A stretch of 64,000 nucleotides of DNA from Actinomycetota bacterium (GCA_049323155.1 JBMOMG010000164.1:28358-92357), one strand, 5' to 3'; shown: positions 9,307 to 19,026, numbered from the stretch's first letter. The notes: a model not told the origin generated them from the letters alone. Translations and numbers: made by a program.

Positions 9307-10164
9307 TTAGCGACCAATCGGCACTAGATCAATGTCAAGCGTAGCGAAGACCTTGTTTCCCGCCGTGAGAACAGCAATGCGTTTGGTATCGAGTCTGGCG
9401 GCTGCCTCGGCATGCCGCGGTGAACTTGGATCCAATAGATCGCTGATTCGTCGCCGTAGGTGCCTGTCGAGAGCATCCAACGCCCGGAGCACGGGGGAGA
9501 CAAGGGCGACGTAGTCATCGCTGTAGTTCCGGAGCGGCAAGACGCCAACAACGAAGTGTCCGTCCCGCGTGTACAGATACCCGGTTCGGAGGAACGTGGA
9601 AGTGTCCTTGATGGCATCGAACTGATCAGCGAAATTGTGCTCGGTGTCTGCCGACCGCACCAACGCAGGCCGGTCCAGAGCCACACGAAGCGCATCCGCA
9701 TGCGCATGCTCGGCTTGCGTCGTTGCTCCTAAGAGGACGTGTTGCACGTAGGAGAGGCCCGCTGCGGCGTAGCGGTTTAGCCACCCGTTGATCTGGTCCC
9801 AGCTCCAGATCTCGACCGAAAATGACTCACTCGGTAGGGAACGCACCTGCTCTTGAAGCCGAGCATCGCTCCTGGCAGTCGTAGCCACGATGAATCGATC
9901 GAGAGGCGGCCTGTATGACCTTGCTTTCGCGATCTCCTCAGTTACCGTGGCAACCTTCAAGGCTTTTCCGGTGAGCTTGCACTGGATGCCCACTTGCGTG
10001 CCGTCGTAGAGAGAAGCGCTAACGTCGACCCCCTGCTGCGACTGCCCTTTGCGACCGTTCAGCTCGACGGTTCTGGCGTTGAGCACGGGGGTGGCCAACT
10101 CCTCCACGAGCCGCTCAAATGCCTGCTCGTCGCTCGGGGGAGGGAAGTTGAGGTGAGGTGCCAT
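9307..10164 (-). CDS. Mrr-like (PD-(D/E)xK) restriction endonuclease domain protein with unknown C-terminal domain
   Basis: ORF 9307..10446 trimmed to ATG 10164. AFERLVEELATPVLNARTVELNGRKGQSQQGVDVSASLYDGTQVGIQCKLTGKALKV...RFIVATTA matches the Mrr catalytic-domain layout (FE..l, G.D, QCK). Confidence 0.6.
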   Translation of the reverse strand: MAPHLNFPPPSDEQAFERLVEELATPVLNARTVELNGRKGQSQQGVDVSASLYDGTQVGIQCKLTGKALKVATVTEEIAKARSYRPPLDRFIVATTARSDARLQEQVRSLPSESFSVEIWSWDQINGWLNRYAAAGLSYVQHVLLGATTQAEHAHADALRVALDRPALVRSADTEHNFADQFDAIKDTSTFLRTGYLYTRDGHFVVGVLPLRNYSDDYVALVSPVLRALDALDRHLRRRISDLLDPSSPRHAEAAARLDTKRIAVLTAGNKVFATLDIDLVPIGR

Positions 10165-10274
10165 GATGTTCCTCCGTGCGAAAAGAGGGTGGCCGTCTCC
10201 AGGGATCATAGTGAGCCCGAAGAGCTGTTCTGTAGCGGCGGAAAGACTCACCTCGCGGAAGGCGCGGATCGCGG

Positions 10275-10544
10275 CTATGACAGGACGCGCTTCGCCGCGC
10301 GCGCTCGACGAGCGAACGCGTCTCCGTACGCCACACCACCCGCGAGCAACGCTCCGATAACCGCGAAGACCTCGTAGAGCCACAGCGGTGGATCGACGAC
10401 GTAGATGGGCATCCAAGCACGCATTCCGTTTTCCAGCGTGGTGCAACTCGGTGGGTCTGGGCGGCTCAGCCAGACGATGGTCGCGCCGACAACTCCACCC
10501 ATGACCGCCGCAGCGATCGTCGAGAGTTTGCGCCTGTCGTGCAT
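10275..10544 (-). CDS. Small two-TM membrane protein upstream of the Mrr-like nuclease gene
   Basis: ORF 10275..10814 trimmed to ATG 10544: MHDRRKLSTIAAAVMGGVVGATIVWL ... LWLYEVFAVIGALLAGGVAY. Same strand as the nuclease gene, 110 bp upstream of it. Confidence 0.4.
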   Translation of the reverse strand: MHDRRKLSTIAAAVMGGVVGATIVWLSRPDPPSCTTLENGMRAWMPIYVVDPPLWLYEVFAVIGALLAGGVAYGDAFARRARAAKRVLS

Positions 10545-10743
10545 GTTCGGAGCGTACTCAGGATGCCCGCGCATCGGCTGAGGGTGTTTCGACGTGCGCC
10601 GGCAGGCGGCGGAATGGAATGACGCACCTATCGCGCCAGGGTGCCAGCTAGCACCCGCTGAATGAGCGACGTCGTGGGGTCTGGCGCAAGTGCGTGCGGC
10701 GTGCACGCAGCGCCCACCAAAGACGCTTCGGAAAGTCAGGGAC

Positions 10744-11274
10744 TCAGCGGCCGAACTTCCCAGTGGTGCCCTTGGAGTACCAGCGGTCCAGCATCCGCAG
10801 CGCGTGACGGCCATAGCCGATCTCGGCCATGCACTGTTTCACGCGCTCCAGGCCGATTGACTCCTCGAGCTCGACTATGAACTTCGGCATGATCGCTTCG
10901 GTCTGGGAGTTGCGGGCCCAACCGTTGTTGCCGATGTAGTCGAGGAAATCGAGGTCTCCCCGCTGATCCTCGGTGAAGCCGAGCCACTGGAAGTTGGCAG
11001 GCTTGCGAGCCACGGCCTACATGCCCTCGCGGTATCCCGGGAAGGTGTGCGTCGGCGTACCTGTAACGGGGTTGATCCACGGATCCTTGCCATTCGCCTC
11101 GCGCAGGATCTTCTCGACATACGCGCGGTCGTTGGTGTCTTTTCGTACGAGCACCTTGAGCTCTGTCGGGCCGAGGACGGCCTGACGACTGCACCTGAAG
11201 CCTTTGTCGGTCAATGCCCTTTCGGCGCTTGGGCTGCCGTGACCTACGCCGATGTGAAGCCATTCCATGTCCAT
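10744..11274 (-). pseudogene. Hypothetical gene interrupted by a single in-frame TAG (two track ORFs are one reading frame)
   Basis: ORFs 11017..11340 and 10744..11013 are in the same frame. They are separated only by TAG (11019-11017) and one GCC codon: ...TFPGYREGM * A V ARKPANFQWLGF.... Likely start is MDMEW at 11274. Confidence 0.55.
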
Positions 11275-11590
11275 GCCGCGCACCCTACTTGTAGGGACCG
11301 ACACCGTGGCCGAGTTCTGTCCAGGCCCAGTCGGAACCAAGGAGCCCGGTGTCCTATTCCCAGCCTTTGTGCAAGGCCGAACGTGCTGACGTGCCAGAGG
11401 ACTGACCGACGCCCGACCATCGAGATGAGCGGATGTTCAGAGGTGCACCGACAGGCGGTATGACGCTGACGACAAATGCACGGGTGCTCTGTTGCCGGCC
11501 CAGCGCCCGGGCCAGGCGCGGCGATTCTGATGTCAACGGCGGCCGAAAACTGACCCCTTTCCGTCGGTTGAAAATTGACCCCCTCGGCTT

Positions 11591-12397
11591 CTAGTTCTCT
11601 TCGTTGACGGCCGCGGGGACGCGGCCGAGCTCTCGGTTCTTCAGCCGGTAGGAGTCGCCCTTCAGGGCGATGACCTCGGCGTGGTGGACGAGCCGGTCGA
11701 TCATGGCTGCCGCGACGGTGTCGTCGCCGAAGACCTCGCCCCAGCGGGCGAAGTTCTTGTTCGACGTCACGATCAGGCTGGCGCGTTCGTAGCGGGATGA
11801 GACGAGCTGGAAGAACAGGTTGGCTGCCTCGGGCTCGAAGGGGATGTAGCCGACCTCGTCGATGACCAGCACCGGGTAGCGCACCAGCTTGCGGAGCTCG
11901 TCTTGCAGCCGGCCGGCGTGGTGGGCCTCGGCGAGCCGGTCGACCCACTGGGACGCGGTGGCGAACTGGACCCGGTGCCCGGCCTGACAGGCCCGGATGG
12001 CCAGACCGGTGGCCAGGTGTGTCTTGCCCGTGCCGGGCGGGCCGAGGAGGACGACGTTCTCCTTGCCGGCGACGAAATCCAGGGTGCCCAGGTGCGCGAT
12101 GGTCTCCCGCTTCAGGCCGCGGGCGTGGTCGTAGTCGAAGTCCTCCAAGCTCTTCCGGGCGGGGAACCGTGCGGCGCGGATCCGTCCCTCGCCGCCGTGG
12201 GTCTCACGCGCAGCGACCTCGCGTTGCAGGCAGGCGGCCAGGAACTCCTCATGGGTCCAGGACTCCTCCCGGGCACGCGCGGCCAGCCGCTCGACCGACT
12301 CCCGCAGCGTGGGTGCCTTCAACGCCCGGGTCAGGTACTCCAGCTCGCTGGTGACGTCCCGCCCGGTCTTCGGCTTCGTTGTCGACCTGGCGGCCAT
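11591..12397 (-). CDS. istB: IS21-family helper ATPase IstB
   Basis: ORF 11591..12577 trimmed to ATG 12397. Walker A VVLLGPPGTGKTHLATGLA and Walker B PVLVIDEVGY. TGATG overlap with the istA stop. Confidence 0.9.
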   Translation of the reverse strand: MAARSTTKPKTGRDVTSELEYLTRALKAPTLRESVERLAARAREESWTHEEFLAACLQREVAARETHGGEGRIRAARFPARKSLEDFDYDHARGLKRETIAHLGTLDFVAGKENVVLLGPPGTGKTHLATGLAIRACQAGHRVQFATASQWVDRLAEAHHAGRLQDELRKLVRYPVLVIDEVGYIPFEPEAANLFFQLVSSRYERASLIVTSNKNFARWGEVFGDDTVAAAMIDRLVHHAEVIALKGDSYRLKNRELGRVPAAVNEEN

Positions 12398-13649
12398 CAC
12401 GACACCTCCTCGTCGATGAGCCCGAGCGCTTGGTCGTAGAAGCCGAGTGATCGGATCTCGACCTCCTCGCCGGTGGTGGCGTCCGCGACCGGGCGCAGCA
12501 GGTCCGCGCGGCCGTGGCGCAGGTGCTTGGCAGCGACGGTGTGCTCGAAGTCGGTGATGGTCTGGTGCCGGGCCCACACCCGTGGGTGGTCGGCGACGAT
12601 CACTCCCTCACAGGTCACCCACACCCGGTCCAGGTCGGCATGGACCTCAATCCGCCCACCCACGACGGTGGGGTGGACGGAGTAGTCGTTGGAATCCAGA
12701 CGGACGTAGTGGTCGCGCGGCAGCCGCAGCGACTGGCGCCAACCGACCTCCGGTGCGACCGGCGGCAACGGGAGCATCGCGGCCCGGTCAGCTGCCACCC
12801 GGTCGCCAGGCGTGCAGCCAAGGGCCCGCATCTTCCGGGCATTCGCCTTCACGAAGAACCCGGCCAACTGGGTGTTGAAGTCCTGCGGGGACTCGAAGGT
12901 CCGTCCGGGCAGGAAGGACCGCTCGAGGTAGTCGTGGAGCCGCTCGAGCATGCCCTTGGCTTCGGGGTCGGCCGGCTTGCAGATGACGACCTTCGCGCCC
13001 AGCACCCCCCGGAACGCCTGGCAGTCGACGGTGAGTTCGGGTTGCCGGGCCCGCCACCGGCCGACGCGGCTTCCCCGTCCCACACCAGCGTCTTCGGCAC
13101 ACCGAGCAGCTGCTCGGACACCAGCCGCCACCAGCCTGCGTACAGGTCCCGCGCGTCGCGCGATGGGATCAACAGCCCGCCTGACCAGCGTGAGTAGCCG
13201 GTCACCGTCGTCATCACCGGCAGCCGCTTGGCAGTGCGGGTCTGGCCGTAACCGACAGGGATCTCGATGTCGGGAAACCAGAAGTCGAACTGCGCCAAAT
13301 CCCCGGCCTCATAGGTCGTGCGGGATGCCGGGTCCGGCGGAAGGTAGGCCGGCCGCAGCTCGCGGACCCGCTCCTTGAAGACCGTCATCCCGCGGTCCCA
13401 GCCCACCCGCTCGGCGATCACCGTGGCTGGCATCGTCGGGAACGCCTGCAGTTGCTCCCGGATCCGGGACTCGAACGCATCCACCGCCGACCCCGTCGGC
13501 TTCCGCACGTACTTCGGCGGCCCCTCGGATGCCAGCGCGGAGCGCACGGTATTCCGCGAAACGCCCAACGTCCTGGCGATCATCTTGATCGGCAACCCCT
13601 CGGTCTTGTGCAGCCGACGGATCTCAGCCCAATCCTCCACTGACAACAC
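12397..13649 (-). pseudogene. istA: IS21-family transposase IstA, split by one frameshift near 13065
   Basis: The N-terminal frame (12849..13649) is MLSVEDWAEIRRLHKTEGLPIKMIARTLGVSRNTVR...TLVWDGEAA. It continues in another frame (12397..13131) as VGRWRARQPELTVDCQAFRGVLGAKVVICKPADPEAKGMLERL.... Both halves are IstA-like. Confidence 0.75.
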
Positions 13650-13888
13650 TCCTCGTCCCCTGCCTCACGACTGGTGAGGACAGGGTCTCGGAGGGGGTCA
13701 GTTTTCGACCGTCGATAGGGGGTCAGTTTTCAGGCGCCGCCGACATCTGACGCCGACTAGCCACCTGTCCACGGAGCCCAGCGACGAAGTACCTGAATCA
13801 CAAGATTCGCGACGACCCCGTCCGGTCACGCTGCACCACCGCGCTGTCGGTAGGGGCGGCTACTGTCTACGCCCTGGAGGTATTGACC

Positions 13889-14404
13889 ATGACGGTGTTG
13901 GCGCGGACGGTGCTATTCGTTTCATCGTATGCGCCACTGCTGTTCCTATTCGCGCTTCTCGAGTCCTTCGGTAGCGGCTGGGCGAGCCGGGCGTGCGCGC
14001 TCGTAGGGGCTGCCAGCATCGTGGCTCTAGGCGTGATTTGGTGGCTGCTCGGGTCGAGGCTCCAGCCTGAGCGCGATCTATTCGAAGGTGCACGCAGCAG
14101 GGACTCCGACGTGATGGCATATGTCGTGAGCTATGTCGTGCCATTCGCCGCGGTCACCGACCAGAACAACAACGCGACGCGCCTTGCGCTGGCCATCTTC
14201 GCCGGGCTGATTGCAGTCCTCTACATCCGTTCAGCGGTGTACTACGTACACCCGCTCTTGTTGTTGGTCGGCCTGCACGTCTACGAGGCGAGCCGTCAGG
14301 GTGTTCCTGTCGTCGTTCTGTCCCGACAGCGATATCTTCGCCAGGCCTGCACCCTGCGGGTCATCAACATCGGACCCAACGTCTACGTGGAGAAGCCTGC
14401 ATGA
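13889..14404 (+). CDS. kwaA: Four-TM membrane protein, KwaA-like (Kiwa defence system candidate)
   Basis: GGAGG lies 8 nt upstream of ATG 13889. Four predicted TM helices in 171 aa. ATGA overlap with the downstream KwaB-like gene. Confidence 0.5.
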   Translation: MTVLARTVLFVSSYAPLLFLFALLESFGSGWASRACALVGAASIVALGVIWWLLGSRLQPERDLFEGARSRDSDVMAYVVSYVVPFAAVTDQNNNATRLALAIFAGLIAVLYIRSAVYYVHPLLLLVGLHVYEASRQGVPVVVLSRQRYLRQACTLRVINIGPNVYVEKPA

Positions 14405-15402
14405 GCACTCCCCGCGCCTCCGCGACGCTGCCAACTCCATCAAGCCCAGAAGAGGCCATGCGGCTGCTCGTCGCAATGCCTCCCCTTGCTGAGCTTGACA
14501 TGACGTTCACGGCTATCGGGCCGGACCAGGACGGCGCCACTTCGGGGTTCCGGATAAAATTGACGGTTGATGCCAAGGCGGCAATCTCCGAGCTGGCGCA
14601 GGCGACGCGGGAGCGACTTGAAGATGCCGCCTTGGTGCGATACGGGCCGGCAGTCCTGATCCCGCCCCAGCATTGGATGCACGTGAATCAGCTCGAGGTC
14701 GCCACTCTTACGGCCATCGAGGACGTCGTCCGCAAGCAGGACCTCAAGCCCTTTGACGGTAAATCCGACTTCGCGTCCACCATTAAGATGGTGGCAGCTC
14801 AGTTCGTCGCTGCAGGACACGTTCCAGTGACCTTCTATCGGGTCGCCGACTCTCTCCTCCAACTCAGGAAGTCGAGGATGCTCGGTCTCGTGCAGGAGGG
14901 CGACGTCTTTGACCGACTCGAGCCGGCAGATGTGCTGCTGTTGCGACCTGAGTTCGAGGTGGTCGTCGTCGGCGGCTATGCATTCTTCGGCAAGAAGGCC
15001 ACGTTCGAGCGCGCCTTCGGTTTCCTCGAGGAACTTCGCAAGGAGAGCCTGACTACCTTCAACGCCGTGACTCGGAATCTGCGGGTGGTCGGCATGGAAG
15101 CCCTTCGCGCCGCCTGCACCAGCCAGCCCCAGATGATGGCAAAGATGGCGTCGATTAGGCGCAGCATGGAGGAAGATCCCGGCTACGCGAAGGCGATGAC
15201 GATGCCGAAACTCATCGCGTACATCGAGAAACATCCGCACGTCGATATCGAAATTATCGGGACTGGGAACGGCCGAGAACTCGTCTTCGACCCGAAGCCC
15301 ACGCGACGGTTCCAGATCGTCAAGTTGCTCGATGACGACTTCCTTCGGTCCGTCCTCACCGAGCGTGAGTACGAGGCGGGTTCAAAGATCCAGTCGATCT
15401 GA
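14401..15402 (+). CDS. kwaB: DUF4868/KwaB-like protein (Kiwa defence system candidate)
   Basis: 333 aa. Segments LRKSRMLGLV, VLLLRPEFEVVVVGGYAFFGKKATFE, LIAYIEKHPHV and FQIVKLLDDDFLRSVLTEREYEAGSK match my recollection of conserved KwaB blocks. Size and gene order fit Kiwa. Confidence 0.55.
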   Translation: MSTPRASATLPTPSSPEEAMRLLVAMPPLAELDMTFTAIGPDQDGATSGFRIKLTVDAKAAISELAQATRERLEDAALVRYGPAVLIPPQHWMHVNQLEVATLTAIEDVVRKQDLKPFDGKSDFASTIKMVAAQFVAAGHVPVTFYRVADSLLQLRKSRMLGLVQEGDVFDRLEPADVLLLRPEFEVVVVGGYAFFGKKATFERAFGFLEELRKESLTTFNAVTRNLRVVGMEALRAACTSQPQMMAKMASIRRSMEEDPGYAKAMTMPKLIAYIEKHPHVDIEIIGTGNGRELVFDPKPTRRFQIVKLLDDDFLRSVLTEREYEAGSKIQSI

Positions 15403-15505
15403 AACACATTCGCCGAACGACGGCACCCGTATGTGCTGTAGAGGCGGCGGAAATAGGCTGCGGAGATTCTCGGGATGCTTGCGCGCAGTGAGGGAGGATT
15501 ACCTT

Positions 15506-18500
15506 GTGAGCGGACTTCGACCCCAGGCTGAAGCCTTCATCCGATTCCGCATTCTCGAGATGACGGAGCGGAACGAGCACCATCGGTTCGAGGAACTCGC
15601 GACGCTCGTCGCGCAGAAGCGCGTCAGCTCGAACATCCTCATCGCCACGGGCCCGGTCAGCTCGAAGGGTGACCAGCAGCGCGACGCCGAGACTTTCAAG
15701 ACGCGCCTGCCCAACGAGCTGCCGCACGCAGCAGGCTTCGCGGCGGCAGCCTCGACGACACCGTGGGTGGTCGCATGCACCCTGCAGGAGGCCGGGCTCA
15801 AGCAGAAGGTTCTCGACGATCTGGCCGGTATCTGCGCAGCGGGTGCCGCCCCCGTTGAGCACGTCGCCTATTTCAGCGCCCACGCGGTCTCCGAGGGCAT
15901 CACCCACGAGCTCCAGAAGACCGCGCGCGAAACGCACGACGTCTCGTTGGACATCTTCTGCGCGTCGGACATCGCAAGGTTTCTCGCTCAGGACGACTTG
16001 ATTTGGGCTGCGCAGCACTATCTGGAACTTCCGTCGAACCTCGTGCCGCCGCCCGAGAGCGAGCCAGCACCAAAGTGGTACGCAGAGCTCTTGGACGGGC
16101 TACGGAAGAACAGGGGACCCGCGGCGCTGACACCTGCGGTGCAAGGTGGCGTGACCCAAGGCTTGCGGCACGCGACCTGGGACGAGGAAACTAACGCAGA
16201 TCTGCCTGAGTGGATCGACTTCATGGGGGCGTTCCTCGCGGACTCCGAGGACGGCGAAGACACCGAGCTCGTGTTCCGCGCCTGCTACGAGATGGCTGTC
16301 GCCACGTTCCGTGGCCTGGGAACTGCGGCCGCTATCGAGGACCTGGTGCGGCGAGCTGTGACGTACGCGTGCTCATGCGACCAGCCGAGCGTCCTCGACG
16401 ACACCGTCACCCTCGTCTCGTACTGGGGTGTCATGTGGTCCCAGGGTGTCGCGACGGCCGAGGCCACTGAGATCAGTGGTGCGCTCACGAACGTGCGTGA
16501 GCACGCCGCGGCTCTGATGGATGACACAGATGCCGACACCCACCCGGTTCGAGCAGCGAGCTTGACGGGCGTTCTCGCCTACTCGTACCTGATTCCGGAC
16601 TGGGCCGAGGCGGAGAAGAGCCGGGGTAAGCCTGAGGCGAAGGCGGTCGCGGGGAACGTGGGTGTCAAGCTGACCGAGCATGACGTCGACACCTCGCTCT
16701 TGGACGAGTCCGACTTCGAGGGGCTCGCAGACGCGATGGCATATCTATCGCAGCTTGTTGACCTGTTGCCGCGGGCGCGCCCATACTCGGTCAGCGAGCT
16801 GGCGCGGGTATTCGACATGTTCGCGCCGTTGGCTTCGGCGCATCCTGAATACTTGAAGGTCCGCGACGGACTCGACGCGGCGACTGCGGAGGTCGTCGGC
16901 GACGCTGCGGCCGCGGAACGGTGCCGGGACCGGGCTACCGCGTTCATGAGGGCTCACAAGCCGCTACATGCTCTCCGTGAGTTGCACGAAGCGAAGGTGA
17001 AGTGGTTCAACGGCGAGACGCTGTGCGGGTCGGTGCTGACCATGCGGTTCATCGCGAAGATCTACGCCGACCTTCGCCTGACCTACGCCGCCAAGATGTA
17101 CGCCTGCACCGCGGCTGCGGTGGCGCTGTCTGCCGGCGACGACGAGGTGAAGCCGCAGGCCGCGAAGGCGCTACTTGAGGCGGCTGGGTACGCGCAGCAG
17201 GCCGGGACGTGGGTTGATGCCGCTCGTTTGACCGAGATTGCGCTGTTGGCGCGAGCCCAACTGCTCCCGGAGCCGTTCGACTTGGACAAGCACTCCGACC
17301 TGGCCCACCACAACCAGAACGCTCTCATGGAGCTCACAGCCATCCGGACGTACTGGCCCGAACTCGTGACCCTGTTCGAGCGAGCGCATGACGTCACCAA
17401 CTGGTACGAGGACCTCGTCGAGGTCATCGACGTGATGGGCGGCGACGGGTTCAAGCTCACCGAGAAGGAGTTCTCTGCCCGGGCCGCCGAGCAGCTCACC
17501 GGTCCACTCCTCAGCGACGTCGGTCTGCGGCGCCTCGTCGAGTTCTCAGCCCTCGGCGTTCGCTGGTCGTTCGAGTTCGACAACGACCGAACCACGGTCC
17601 TAGGAGCTGAAGCGCTGTGCGCAACCCTGCAGGTCCTGCTCGCCGACATCGCACTTCACGAACCTGTACTCGTCAGCACCAGCGTCCGCGTTCAGGTCGC
17701 GATGACCGAGCAGACCGGGCGCGACGGTTACAACGTAGAGATCGACGACAGCAGCTGGCACATCACTGCGGAAGCAATCATCTCCTCCGACTTCTCAGAC
17801 CAGGACTCCCGTGCTCCCGGCGTGCTGTCCATATGCTTCCAGCTCCTTCACGCCGTCCACCTGCGGCCGCCGGCCGAACTTCAGGACCTCATCGAACCCT
17901 TGTTCAGGCGCGGCCTGACTCACAAGGTCGCGGTCGGTCGGCCCTATGAGGAAACCGCCGGGCTCCTCGACGACGACCACTACACCAGGCTGGCTGCGGC
18001 GACTCGCCCCGCCGGCGCGGATGACTACCAGCCAACACCGGCGGAACCTCTCAGGGCATCGACGGCCCCCGGCCCGGGATACGACCGCGACGAGGTAATC
18101 GAAGCTATCCGGGAGCGATACCGAGTCGCCCAGGAAAGCCTCCGGTTTACCCTGCCTGCCCTTCTTGCCGACACCGGCAAGCGAGCATCCCTTGAACGCC
18201 TCCGAGCCGACGGGTGGCTGGACTGGCAGATCGTCTCCATCCTGGCGAACATCGCGCTCAACTTCCGGATGCACCGCGATGGCCTGAAGCCGCAGTTTGC
18301 GACTCCGCAGCAAGCCATGGCGCTGATCCGGGAACAGGAGAGCGATGCCGCGCAGGCCGTCCCTCTGGACTGGTTCGACGCGGATGGGCTCGCGCTCAAC
18401 ACGTTTGCCGCGCCGGTAACGGCGGCCACAGGATTCGGTATGCGCCCATGGCAGGACGCACCAGGGGAGGAACGGCTGCGCGACCTCCTTATCCGCCGGT

Positions 18501-18604
18501 ATGGATACGGCTCCGACGACGTGCCACACACCGACCTGCTCGACAGCATCGACGAGCAGGGACGGCTCCGACCCTTCCTCGATCCGGACAACTCTGGCAA
18601 TTGA
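15506..18604 (+). CDS. Large (1032 aa) hypothetical protein: degenerate Mrr-like N-terminal domain plus long alpha-helical region, no NTPase motif seen
   Basis: ORF 15332..18604 trimmed to GTG 15506, with GGGAGG 8 nt upstream. N-terminus HHRFEELATLVAQKRVSSNILIATGPVSSKGDQQRDAE...PWVVACT parallels the nuclease domain at 9307..10164, but has ACT where QCK is expected. Confidence 0.7.
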   Translation: MSGLRPQAEAFIRFRILEMTERNEHHRFEELATLVAQKRVSSNILIATGPVSSKGDQQRDAETFKTRLPNELPHAAGFAAAASTTPWVVACTLQEAGLKQKVLDDLAGICAAGAAPVEHVAYFSAHAVSEGITHELQKTARETHDVSLDIFCASDIARFLAQDDLIWAAQHYLELPSNLVPPPESEPAPKWYAELLDGLRKNRGPAALTPAVQGGVTQGLRHATWDEETNADLPEWIDFMGAFLADSEDGEDTELVFRACYEMAVATFRGLGTAAAIEDLVRRAVTYACSCDQPSVLDDTVTLVSYWGVMWSQGVATAEATEISGALTNVREHAAALMDDTDADTHPVRAASLTGVLAYSYLIPDWAEAEKSRGKPEAKAVAGNVGVKLTEHDVDTSLLDESDFEGLADAMAYLSQLVDLLPRARPYSVSELARVFDMFAPLASAHPEYLKVRDGLDAATAEVVGDAAAAERCRDRATAFMRAHKPLHALRELHEAKVKWFNGETLCGSVLTMRFIAKIYADLRLTYAAKMYACTAAAVALSAGDDEVKPQAAKALLEAAGYAQQAGTWVDAARLTEIALLARAQLLPEPFDLDKHSDLAHHNQNALMELTAIRTYWPELVTLFERAHDVTNWYEDLVEVIDVMGGDGFKLTEKEFSARAAEQLTGPLLSDVGLRRLVEFSALGVRWSFEFDNDRTTVLGAEALCATLQVLLADIALHEPVLVSTSVRVQVAMTEQTGRDGYNVEIDDSSWHITAEAIISSDFSDQDSRAPGVLSICFQLLHAVHLRPPAELQDLIEPLFRRGLTHKVAVGRPYEETAGLLDDDHYTRLAAATRPAGADDYQPTPAEPLRASTAPGPGYDRDEVIEAIRERYRVAQESLRFTLPALLADTGKRASLERLRADGWLDWQIVSILANIALNFRMHRDGLKPQFATPQQAMALIREQESDAAQAVPLDWFDADGLALNTFAAPVTAATGFGMRPWQDAPGEERLRDLLIRRYGYGSDDVPHTDLLDSIDEQGRLRPFLDPDNSGN

Positions 18605-19026
18605 GGCCAGTAGCAAGCGGGCCCACACTCCGCGCACGGCATCGGGAGCTCGGGTGAGTACGCCCGAGACGCGACGCGCTTGAGGCCGTTTGTGCCAGCG
18701 GATCGGGTCACTGGGTGGTCAGCGGGTTCGTCGCCGTGGGCTGTAGGAGGCGTCCGCAGGTAGAGGCCGCCAGTGAGCAATGCGTAGGTCATTCTGGGCT
18801 ACTAGACGATTCCCGTAGGGCCGGTGTCTGGCCAGACTCGGTCCAGGTGCTCGGCGGGTTCGCTCTCTATTGGGCTGCCCACCCGTCTTGCGGGTGTGGC
18901 TCACTATCGGTCTGCAGCCCGCCGGGCGCCGCTGACCAGGCGTGGCTCAAGAAGGGACTGCCCTGCTCGTAGTAGCAATGCCCACCTCGCCGTCCACATC
19001 GGTACGAGTACAGGCGGGAGCAGCAC

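Larger units (their letters stand above)
11531..13745 (-). mobile_element. IS21-family insertion sequence (2215 bp) with imperfect terminal inverted repeats and a 5-bp target site duplication
   Basis: The ends are TGTCAACGGCGGCCGAAAACTGACCCC (11531-) and the reverse complement of ...GGGGTCAGTTTTCAGGCGCCGCCGACA (-13745). Internal repeated GGGGGTCAGTTTTC-type motifs lie at 13693-13706 and 13718-13731, with reverse-orientation copies (gaaaactgacccc, gaaaattgaccccc) at 11545-11557 and 11570-11583. TCTGA flanks both ends (11526-11530 and 13746-13750). Confidence 0.85.

Noticed and set aside
11244-11948. 234-aa ORF spanning the IS21 left end
   Set aside because: It crosses the IS terminal repeat and lies antisense to, or in an alternative frame of, istB, with Arg/Pro-rich composition. 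It is an artefact.
15332-15505. ATG 15332 (and ATG 15431) as the start of the 1090-aa ORF
   Set aside because: A start at 15332 would overlap the kwaB-like gene by 70 nt. The leader translation (MCCRGGGNRLRRFSGCL) is not protein-like. GTG 15506 has a GGGAGG RBS at ideal spacing.
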